In this document: piece after piece, positions 1 to 7,939 of the stretch
Position numbering within the stretch: position 1 is the first letter of the stretch
Layout of the letters: each line of letters opens with the position of its first letter
From: Myxococcota bacterium
GTDB lineage: Bacteria; Myxococcota_A; Polyangia; Nannocystales; Nannocystaceae
Reading direction: 5' to 3'
NCBI GenBank assembly: GCA_039028615.1
Contig: JBCCHT010000020.1
Coordinates: 149,307-213,306 of the forward strand
DNA length: 64,000 bases
The notes under the pieces: model-generated
Told to the model about the DNA's origin: nothing
Databases searched by the model: none
The model's input: only the letters and a program-made list of their open reading frames with translations
Program-made: the position numbers and the translations under genes

Positions 1-1
1 C

Positions 2-1420
2 GAGGTCGACCTGTGCAGCAGCAATGCCGACGTCGCCTGGTTCGAGGTGATCGACGGCGCGCCCGTCGACATGCTGGTGTTCCATGGCGAGTCACCGCTC
101 GACGTGGTGCGGCAGCTCGGCGACGAGGTGGGCCGGCCCCCCGTGCCCCCGCAGTGGGCCTGGAGCCCGTGGATCGGGGCCCAGGGCGGCCGAGACACCA
201 TCCTGGCCGAGGCCGACGCACTCGAGGCGGCCGAGATCCCCGTGGGCGCGCTGTGGGTCCAAGACTGGACCGGCGTCCGCCCCAACGCCGACGGAGGGTT
301 TGGCGTCGAATACCGCTGGCTGCCGGACGAGGAGCACTACCCCGACCTCGAGGGCATGATCGCCGAGCTCCACATGCGGGGCTTCCGGTTCCTCACCTAC
401 GCCAACCCGTTCATCGACCCCACCCTCGAGCACTGGGACGAGATGATCGCGGACGACCTGCTCATCCACGACGCCAAGGGCCAGCCCTACCAGCACCTCG
501 CCCCCAACGGGTTTTCGTCCCACCCCGACCTCACCAACGAGGACGCGCGTGAGTACGTCCGGGGCTACCTGCGAGCGATGGTCGAGCAGTACGGCATGGA
601 CGGGTGGATGGCCGACTTCGCCGAGTGGCTGCCCGTCGACTCCGTGTTGTCCGACGGCACCGATGCCTTCGCGTTCCACAACCGCTTCCCCGTGGAGTGG
701 CAACGGATGTCGCGCGAGGTCATGGACGAGCTGCGACCCGATGGCGACTGGGTCGTCTTTGGGCGCTCGGGGTGGACCGGGGCCCAGGGTGTCGCGATGG
801 TGTACTGGGTCGGCGATCAAGAAGCCGACTGGAGCCCCCACGACGGCCTGCCCACCGTGGTGCCCGCCATGCTCAGCCTCGGCCTTTCGGGCGTGCCCTT
901 CACCACCCATGACATCGCGGGCTTCTCCGGCGGTCCCTCGACCAAGGAGCTGTTCCAGCGGTGGACCGAGCTGGGCGCGTTCACGCCGATCATGCGCACG
1001 CACGAGGGCAACCAGAGCGACTTGAACTGGAACTGGGACGGCGACGCCGAGACCACCGAGCACTTCCGTCGCTTCGCCCGCGTCCACGAGGCGCTGGCGC
1101 CCGAGCTCGAGGTGATGGCCGCCGACGGAGCCAGCAGCTCCGTCCCCATGGTTCGCCACCTGATGCTCGAGTTCCCCGACGACGCCGGGAGCCGCACGGT
1201 GAGCGACCAGTTCCTGCTGGGGCCCTCGCTGTTGGTGGCGCCGGTCGTCGAGCAAGGCGCGACCACTCGCAGCGTCTACCTGCCCCCCGGGACTTGGTTC
1301 CACGTGTGGACCGGCGACGAGTACGAGGGCGGCACGACCGTCGACGTCGACGCGCCGATCGGCTCGCCCCCCGTGTTCTCCCGCGACACCGACCGCGCCG
1401 ACCTCCGCGAGATCGAGTAG
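2..1420 (+). CDS. Glycoside hydrolase family 31 (alpha-glucosidase/YihQ-like), 5' end outside window
   Basis: Frame open from base 2; WVQDW, catalytic nucleophile motif GWMADFAEWLP, WVGDQ, HDIAGF, ELFQRWTELGAFTPIMRTHEG, QFLLGPSLLVAPV. Confidence 0.92.
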   Translation, partial: EVDLCSSNADVAWFEVIDGAPVDMLVFHGESPLDVVRQLGDEVGRPPVPPQWAWSPWIGAQGGRDTILAEADALEAAEIPVGALWVQDWTGVRPNADGGFGVEYRWLPDEEHYPDLEGMIAELHMRGFRFLTYANPFIDPTLEHWDEMIADDLLIHDAKGQPYQHLAPNGFSSHPDLTNEDAREYVRGYLRAMVEQYGMDGWMADFAEWLPVDSVLSDGTDAFAFHNRFPVEWQRMSREVMDELRPDGDWVVFGRSGWTGAQGVAMVYWVGDQEADWSPHDGLPTVVPAMLSLGLSGVPFTTHDIAGFSGGPSTKELFQRWTELGAFTPIMRTHEGNQSDLNWNWDGDAETTEHFRRFARVHEALAPELEVMAADGASSSVPMVRHLMLEFPDDAGSRTVSDQFLLGPSLLVAPVVEQGATTRSVYLPPGTWFHVWTGDEYEGGTTVDVDAPIGSPPVFSRDTDRADLREIE

Positions 1421-1433
1421 CGAAGGGCGGGCG

Positions 1434-2018
1434 CTACCCGACCGGCGTGTAGTACTGCGTCCGAAGCTGCCCCTCCCGACGCAGCACGACGGCGACCTCT
1501 TCGGCCTTCTCCACGGTGGGGTAGACGGCCATCATGTCGTCGAACGAAGTCACGGGGTGGCCGGCCACGGACACCAGCTCGTCGCCGGTTTGCAGCGCCA
1601 GCCGAGCCCCGATGCTGCCCGGAGTCACCGTCCGCACCGTCACGACGCCGCCGGTCGGAGCATCAGGGTCCAGCTTCAACAGCGGCACCCCGGGAACCGT
1701 CTCGGGATGCGCGAGCACGCGTCGAATGAGGCTCCGCGGCACGGTGCAGCGCTCGCGAACGCAGACGATCTCGGCCTCGCCTTCGTCGGGCGAGTGCTCG
1801 GCTGCAGCCGTGCCCGGTTCGGCGGCGGCGACCACCATCGGTGCCTTTGCCTCTGCCTCGAGCGCGCTGGCCTGTGCGGCGGCAACGACCCGCTCCTGCC
1901 CCGGCGTCGCCTCGACCACCTCCCCTCGCTCGCACGCCACGGGGGAACCGAGAAACACTCCGAGGCCGAGACACGAGCTCAGCAGCGAAGACCGGGGTCG
2001 ACAGACGCTCTTGGACAT
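1434..2018 (-). CDS. PDZ domain-containing putative lipoprotein (GspC C-terminal PDZ-like)
   Basis: Hydrophobic stretch ending PVAC; C-terminal VTPGSIGARLALQTGDELVSVAGHPV...VVLRREG is a PDZ signature; ATG 2018 sits just after a sigma54 promoter. Confidence 0.7.
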   Translation of the reverse strand: MSKSVCRPRSSLLSSCLGLGVFLGSPVACERGEVVEATPGQERVVAAAQASALEAEAKAPMVVAAAEPGTAAAEHSPDEGEAEIVCVRERCTVPRSLIRRVLAHPETVPGVPLLKLDPDAPTGGVVTVRTVTPGSIGARLALQTGDELVSVAGHPVTSFDDMMAVYPTVEKAEEVAVVLRREGQLRTQYYTPVG

Positions 2019-2030
2019 GACCACGAATAG

Positions 2031-2046
2031 AGCAACGGTCGTGCCA
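2031..2046 (-). promoter_or_regulatory. Sigma54 (-24/-12) promoter for the PDZ gene
   Basis: Minus strand TGGCACG-ACCG-TTGCT, exact consensus, 12 nt upstream of ATG 2018. Confidence 0.75.
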
Positions 2047-2138
2047 ATCCCCGCGGCCAATGATGCCGAAGGGTGCCGCCGGGCGAGCACCCCCTTCGAT
2101 CGTCATCGTGTCACACCGCTCGAGACCCACCGACAAAT

Positions 2139-2178
2139 CGGCCCGGGGTGAAGCCGGGGGTGGCTTCACCCCGGGCCG
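2139..2178. terminator. Perfect 17-bp hairpin downstream of the CRTAC1-like gene
   Basis: CGGCCCGGGGTGAAGCC / GGCTTCACCCCGGGCCG with 6-nt loop, about 35 nt past the stop at 2213; no U-tract. Confidence 0.6.
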
Positions 2179-2212
2179 CGGGGTTAGCGGGGATTGTGTA
2201 CGCGAGAGACGG

Positions 2213-4279
2213 TCAGTCCCAGTACGCCCAGATGGCGCTCACGTAGAGCTTGACCCACTTGTGGGGGCCGATCTCTCCCGCGTAGAACATGTCGTCGAGG
2301 GAGTCGGTGACGCACTGGCGGTAGGACCAGTAGCTGGGCCAGTCCGCGTCGTAGCTGCACGGGATCTCGGGCATGGTGAAGCGCTTGCCCGCCCGAACCC
2401 CGTAGACACGGTTGCGCACGCCTCCGGGCCAGAGGATGTCGAGGCGACCACGGGGGGCCGAACCGAGGCCAAAGACCTGCTCCCGCGCGTGGCTGGAGGC
2501 ATAGGTGGCGCCGTCGACCACGGGGCGGGTGCTGGTATCGCCCCACCGCGGGGTGAAGCTGATCACGGCTCCGATGCCATCGCGGTTGACCCCCGCGCCG
2601 TCGACGATGTCGACCATGCCCTTGGCCTTGATCTTCACCCAGTTGTTGCCGTTGTCGCCGCTGTTGAGCTCGACGGAGACGGTGCCGTCTTCGGGCTCGA
2701 TGCCCGTGAACACGAACTCGCCCGGGCCGATGGGCGCGAAGGTGGGCACGAACGCCGAGTCGTCGAACACCGAGCCATAGGTGCCGCCCTCATAGGGCAC
2801 CAGCGGGATCGGGTCGGGGTTGTCGAGGTTGGAGACGGTCACCACATCGGCGAAGCCGTCGTCGTCGAGGTCACCGACCGCGAGCCCCTGCACGTTGCGA
2901 CGCCGATGATCGGTGCCGCTGGCCACCATGGTGTCCAGCTCGAAGCTCGCCGAGCAGCCCTGGTTCTGCAGCACGACGCCGGCGTTGCTCGCCTCGATGA
3001 AGGGGCCGACGTCGAGACCACCGTGGTAGATGATGTCGTCGTCGCCGTCGTTGTCGTAGTCGTAGATCTGCGAGCCCCAGCCGAATACGGAGGCCACGGT
3101 GGAGCCCACGCCCGGGTCGCTGAAGGTGCCGTCCGGCTGCTGCAGCAGCCACCGCGACGCCGAGTCGCCCAGCGAGTAAAACGGCATGATGGGGATCGGC
3201 ATGTAGTCGCCGATGTTCGAGCCAAAGATGTCGATCTCGCCGTTGCAGTCGAGGTCGCCGAAGGACAGGCTCATCCACTGCCCCTGGAGGTTCGTCTGGG
3301 TGTCCAGGGTGATGTCGGTGAACTGACCCGTGCCGTCGTTGTCGAAGATGTGGATCAGGCCTCGGTCGACGCCCCCGGCAAACTCGGGAGCCACCGCCGC
3401 CTGGTCGTCGGCCTGCACCAAGTCGAGATCGCCATCCTGGTCGATGTCGACGAGCGCGATGGCCCAGGTGATGGTCGCCTCGCCATCGGCGGGGGGTGAG
3501 AACCCGGTGGTCTCCTGGATGCCCGAGACCGCGCTGACGTCGGTAAAGACGCCGTCGCCCTCGTTCATGAACAGCTGGTTGTGTTGGTTGCCCGCGTAGG
3601 GCTCGACGAAGATCGGCGCCTGCTGGGTGAAGTCGGTGTACGCGTTGGCGACCACGACATCGAGCAAGCCGTCTCCGTCGACATCGCCGAACGAACACGA
3701 CGTGCCCATCATGTTGCCGCCGCCGATCTCCGACAACCCGGTGATGTCGGCGAAGGTGCCGTCACCTTGGTTCTCGAGCAGGCGATTGGGCTCCTCGGCG
3801 CCCAAGACCAGCAGGTCGGGATCGCCATCGTTGTCGATGTCGCCGTAGCAGACGCCGTCGCTGTCTTGATCGGTCAGGTCGCTGCCCGACGCCACGCCCA
3901 CGTCGTGAAACTCGACCGTGCCCGTCTGCTCGAGCAGGTTCTTGTAGAGGCTGTTGGCCGCGCCCGGGCCGTTGCTGATGTACATGTCGAGGTCGCCGTC
4001 GCCGTCGTAGTCGAGCAGCGCGACCCCGGGGGCGCCGCGAGACTTGAGCGGCGTGTCGACGACATCGGCCATCGTGTAGACCGGCTGCGCCTTGAGGACG
4101 TCGAACAGATCATCGCGAGGCGACTCGGCCCGGCGATAGTCGATACCCGCACCGTCCCCGGCTGCGATATCGATGAACTCGACTCCGCCGTCGGCCCACG
4201 CCGACGACACTACGAGCAATGAACACACGACTACCAACGATGGACCCATCCTGGATCCACGACCAATCGGTCCCGGCAT
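2213..4279 (-). CDS. Secreted CRTAC1/ASPIC-UnbV family protein with FG-GAP (VCBS) repeats
   Basis: AAGGAG RBS before ATG 4279; signal peptide ending AWA; repeated DxDGDGDLD motifs; NRDGIGA...FGLG...WPGG ASPIC/UnbV tail. Confidence 0.9.
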   Translation of the reverse strand: MPGPIGRGSRMGPSLVVVCSLLVVSSAWADGGVEFIDIAAGDGAGIDYRRAESPRDDLFDVLKAQPVYTMADVVDTPLKSRGAPGVALLDYDGDGDLDMYISNGPGAANSLYKNLLEQTGTVEFHDVGVASGSDLTDQDSDGVCYGDIDNDGDPDLLVLGAEEPNRLLENQGDGTFADITGLSEIGGGNMMGTSCSFGDVDGDGLLDVVVANAYTDFTQQAPIFVEPYAGNQHNQLFMNEGDGVFTDVSAVSGIQETTGFSPPADGEATITWAIALVDIDQDGDLDLVQADDQAAVAPEFAGGVDRGLIHIFDNDGTGQFTDITLDTQTNLQGQWMSLSFGDLDCNGEIDIFGSNIGDYMPIPIMPFYSLGDSASRWLLQQPDGTFSDPGVGSTVASVFGWGSQIYDYDNDGDDDIIYHGGLDVGPFIEASNAGVVLQNQGCSASFELDTMVASGTDHRRRNVQGLAVGDLDDDGFADVVTVSNLDNPDPIPLVPYEGGTYGSVFDDSAFVPTFAPIGPGEFVFTGIEPEDGTVSVELNSGDNGNNWVKIKAKGMVDIVDGAGVNRDGIGAVISFTPRWGDTSTRPVVDGATYASSHAREQVFGLGSAPRGRLDILWPGGVRNRVYGVRAGKRFTMPEIPCSYDADWPSYWSYRQCVTDSLDDMFYAGEIGPHKWVKLYVSAIWAYWD

Positions 4280-4595
4280 AACCAACTCCTTTGGTTCTTG
4301 TTTTTGAACGTCTCCCCTGGGACGGGCAGACATCAGTCAGCGGAGCATGTCGAAGGTGACGGTGCAATTACGCGCAACGGCTTTTTTCACAATGGGACTG
4401 GCACGCGCGGCGGCCCTGTAACGCGTTGTAGGGCCGAGTCTCTCTTGGTCTCCTGACATTCTTTTCGATGACACTGGTGTCGGTCATCTCCACGCTCGAC
4501 CGAGCGCGTCGAGGCGACTGGCCGGTCACCCTTGAGGTTCCCCCGATACGCACGATCCGTGCTCGACGACGCACCGAAACCCGCGACGCCGACGT

Positions 4596-5972
4596 TTGAA
4601 ATCGAATCGAAATGGGCACCAGAGGCGCCGCGTCGTCGCTCGGCCGCGGCGGTTGAGAGAGGCTTGGCGACCGTGTTCAACTCGTAGGGCCTTGCCGTTC
4701 TCCGATCGCCGCGTCGACCCGTCACGAGCCGTTCCCGCCCTGTTGGCGCTCGCGCTGGCGTGGCCCGGCGCGGGGCTCGATGCACGCGCCGCCTCCGAGA
4801 CACACACGCAGATCGACGCGAACGAGGCCGCACCCAAGGCCGGCCAATCGGGCAAGAAGAAGTCCGGCAAGAAAAAGTCGAACAACAAGAAGTCCGGCAA
4901 GAAAAAGTCCGGCAAGAAAAAGTCGAACAACAAGAAGTCCGGCAAGAAAAAGTCGAGCAACCAGTCCAACGAAAACGAGTCGGACGAAGCGGCGCCGGAG
5001 CCAAGTGACGACAACACCGTTTCGGACGCGAACACCGAAGAGACGCTCGAAGCGCTGAAGGAATCGGCGCCGCCCTTGCTTCCCACGACGACGAAAAAGG
5101 AGCCCGAACCGGAACCGGGGGTCAAGGTCGTGACCCCCATTCGGGTCCGAGGCTCCCTGTCTCGCAGCTCGCGGGGCACCTTGGTCAAGCGCCTGGAGGC
5201 CGCGCTCGCGGCCGCCGCTTGGCCCGATGAACCACTGCAAGCGCGGCTCCGGGTCAACGCTTCTCGCAAGCGGCGCTTTGGGATCACCCTGACAATTTCC
5301 GATTTGGAGGGTTCGACCCGGGCCGAAGTCGCCGACGCGTGCGAGTCGTGCTCGGTCGACGATGCCGCCGCGTTGGTCGAAGGACTGGTGGGCAAAGTTG
5401 CGGCCCAGCTACGGCCACCAGAGCCCGTCGCAGGCCCGGCCACGATTACCGTGCGCAGTGACCCGAAGGGGGCATCACTGCGCGTCGATGGCACGCAGCA
5501 TGGAGCCACGCCGCAGACGGTCGAGCTTTCGCCGGGTGACCACGAGCTGGTGCTCGCGAAGCCGGGCTTCACCGAGCTCCGCCAGGCCCTCACCGTAGCC
5601 GCCGACGAGCAACGCGAGCTCGACCTCAAGCTCGTGCCCACGGCGACCGACGACGGACCCAAAGCCGGGCGGGGCTGGACGATCGGTGGCGCCATCGCCC
5701 TCGGCCTCGGCGTGGCCGGAGCCGCCACCGGAGCCGCCTTGATCCTCATCGACGAGAGCGCACCGCCGCTCGAGTGCTCGCCCGACCAGGTCGACTTCCG
5801 CGGCATCTGCCGCCACCGCTACGACACCTTGCTCGGCGGCATCATCGGCGCGGCCGCGGGTGGAGCCGGCATCGCGACCGGCGTCGGCTTGCTCATCAAG
5901 GGCCACCTGGTCTCGGTCAAGGCCCGGGGCAACGCCGAGTCCGCCTCGATGAGCGTCACCCTGCGTTTTTGA
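4596..5972 (+). CDS. PEGA domain-containing membrane protein (true start uncertain, possibly TTG 4692)
   Basis: ITVRSDPKGASLRVDG...GATP...LSPGDHELVLAKPGF PEGA motif; C-terminal Gly-rich TM segments; Lys-rich repeat. Confidence 0.8.
   Translation: MKSNRNGHQRRRVVARPRRLREAWRPCSTRRALPFSDRRVDPSRAVPALLALALAWPGAGLDARAASETHTQIDANEAAPKAGQSGKKKSGKKKSNNKKSGKKKSGKKKSNNKKSGKKKSSNQSNENESDEAAPEPSDDNTVSDANTEETLEALKESAPPLLPTTTKKEPEPEPGVKVVTPIRVRGSLSRSSRGTLVKRLEAALAAAAWPDEPLQARLRVNASRKRRFGITLTISDLEGSTRAEVADACESCSVDDAAALVEGLVGKVAAQLRPPEPVAGPATITVRSDPKGASLRVDGTQHGATPQTVELSPGDHELVLAKPGFTELRQALTVAADEQRELDLKLVPTATDDGPKAGRGWTIGGAIALGLGVAGAATGAALILIDESAPPLECSPDQVDFRGICRHRYDTLLGGIIGAAAGGAGIATGVGLLIKGHLVSVKARGNAESASMSVTLRF
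4851..4955 (+). repeat. Coding tandem repeat, 7 x 15 bp (GKKKS/NNKKS)
   Basis: Units ggcaagaa(a/g)aagtc(c/g) and aacaacaagaagtcc with a duplicated 45-bp higher-order unit. Confidence 0.9.
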
Positions 5973-6596
5973 TCACTCGACGATCAAGTACTCGACGTCG
6001 TCGATGAACAGCCCCGCGCCCTGGTTGTTCGTCGCATCGATGTCGCAGCCGAAGCGGAACCGAAAGCGCAGCATCTGCCCCGGCTCGACCTCGTCGGCCT
6101 CGACATAGTCGTCGTGCCAGGTTCGATCGTTGCCGGACAACACCCCCTCGTTGAGCGACAGCGGCGAGCCGATCACCAGGCTGTCGAGCGAATAGGGGTA
6201 GCCCTCGTGGGTCGGCAGCATGCGCCACGGCTCGTCGTCGACCTGCACCTCGACCACCGCCCCGTCGGCGACGACATCCTCGGAGATCGGCGGGATGTCG
6301 CTGTAGTACGAAAAGCGCAGGAAGCTGCGCTCGCCCGCCTCGAACTCGGGCGTCTGCAGCGACGCGTCACACAGCGAAGGCCAGCTGGTGCCGTCGCCGA
6401 AGCGCCACGACGACTCGCCCTCGCGCGCCTGCTCGGTGGTGCGCGCCCACTCGCCGGGCAGGCCACCTTCGGTGTGCAGCTGCTGCGGCGTGGGCCGGTT
6501 CTCCTCGACGTTGTCGTACCACTGCGAGACCGAGAAGTTCGGGTCGAGCTCCGTACAGCCGCACAGCAGCACGGCCATCACCAAGGCACTACGCAT
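5973..6596 (-). CDS. Lipoprotein with jelly-roll (MAM/immune inhibitor A-like) domain
   Basis: Lipobox LLCGC; ASLQTP...DGAVVEV...LRFRFRFGCD...GLFIDDVEY pattern. Confidence 0.7.
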   Translation of the reverse strand: MRSALVMAVLLCGCTELDPNFSVSQWYDNVEENRPTPQQLHTEGGLPGEWARTTEQAREGESSWRFGDGTSWPSLCDASLQTPEFEAGERSFLRFSYYSDIPPISEDVVADGAVVEVQVDDEPWRMLPTHEGYPYSLDSLVIGSPLSLNEGVLSGNDRTWHDDYVEADEVEPGQMLRFRFRFGCDIDATNNQGAGLFIDDVEYLIVE

Positions 6597-6687
6597 CCGC
6601 GCTCAGTCTAATCCAGGCCCGAGCCCAATTTCCACGCCGACGGGACCTTCGTGGGGACGACCGCGGCGCCCCGCCCCGCGAGCGCCG

Positions 6688-7506
6688 TCACAGTAGTAGC
6701 GACCACGCGGGATGCGTGACCCGGAGCGCCAGGAAGATGAGCGCGTTGCGGCGCTTCTTCTTGCTCCACAAGAACTTGAACTGACCGTCGAGGAAGGGCG
6801 GGCTCAGGAAGGCGCTGGCGACCTGCACCGATTCCTTGGCGTTGACCGCCTCGAGCTCTTCGCGGGTGAACCCCGCGCGGTAGCTCCGGGTCACCCCCTC
6901 CTCGATCCAGCCCTCGGCGATGCGCTGGGCCTCCTCCATGAGCTTTTCGTGGGGCACGACCCAGTTCACCAGCCCGACCTCCTCGGCCTCGGCCGCGGTG
7001 GGCTTCCAGCCCTCCTCGCCGAGCATGCGCTGCGCCGAGTCCCCGAGCAGGCGCGGGAACATCACGCTGGAACAGCCTTCGGGGGGCACGCCGAGCGCAT
7101 CGAAGGGCGTGGAGAAGGTCGCCTTCTCGGACGCGATGATGCCGTTGCACAGCGTCGCCGAGGTCACGCACGCCCCGATCGCAGGCCCGTTGGCCGCGAT
7201 CAGGATCGGCTTGGGAAAATCGATGAACGCATCGAAGAGCGCCTGGTTGTGCTCGACGATGAAGGCGTGCAGCGCCTTGGGATGGCCGAGCTTGATGGTC
7301 GCCCCCAGGTTGACGCCTGCGCAGTAGTACGGGTCCGTACCGGTAAAGATGAGCGCCTTGGTCTCCTCGTCCTTCGCCGCGGCCGCAAACGAGGCCTTGA
7401 GCGCGTCGATCATGTTGGCGGTCCACCCGTTGAGCCGGGCGGGATTGTTCATGGTCAGCGTCGTGACCCCGCGCGTGGTCTTCTTGAGGATGAGGTCCCC
7501 GGGCAT
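6688..7506 (-). CDS. Enoyl-CoA hydratase/isomerase (crotonase family, ECI2-like)
   Basis: TLTMNNPARLN, YYCAGVNL, FPKPILIAANGPAIG, PFDALGVPPEGCSS; start corrected to ATG 7506, 7 nt after TAAGCT. Confidence 0.9.
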   Translation of the reverse strand: MPGDLILKKTTRGVTTLTMNNPARLNGWTANMIDALKASFAAAAKDEETKALIFTGTDPYYCAGVNLGATIKLGHPKALHAFIVEHNQALFDAFIDFPKPILIAANGPAIGACVTSATLCNGIIASEKATFSTPFDALGVPPEGCSSVMFPRLLGDSAQRMLGEEGWKPTAAEAEEVGLVNWVVPHEKLMEEAQRIAEGWIEEGVTRSYRAGFTREELEAVNAKESVQVASAFLSPPFLDGQFKFLWSKKKRRNALIFLALRVTHPAWSLLL

Positions 7507-7939
7507 GCGGCGGAGCTTACCCCGTTCCCGCCGCCGCGCGCCGAGCCGGCCTGCCACCCACGCCCGCCGGGGTTCGTGCGCGAACGTAGGCTCTTCCCCG
7601 ACCGACCTGAATGCGGGTTTGGTGCCGTTACGGCAGACCTCGCAGTGGAATTCGTTTCGGCGACCACCAAAGTGCGACGCGCTGAAACGACCCGACACAT
7701 GGCGGGCCGAGCGTACGCACGCGGTTTCGGTCACCGCCGCGCACCCGAGGCTCGACTTCGGGCCAGGCCCAAAACTGTCGCCCGAGGGTCCCCCAAGGGG
7801 GCGGGCTGGCGCTCGGCTTTCGGGTACCCTGTAAGGCCTGGGGAGCAGCGGCGACAGGCACCAGGACTCGCGGGGGTCCTCGAAGCGATCGGCGGCTGAC
7901 GCGGGCGAACGCCCCGGCGGACGCATCGGTCGTTTCGTC

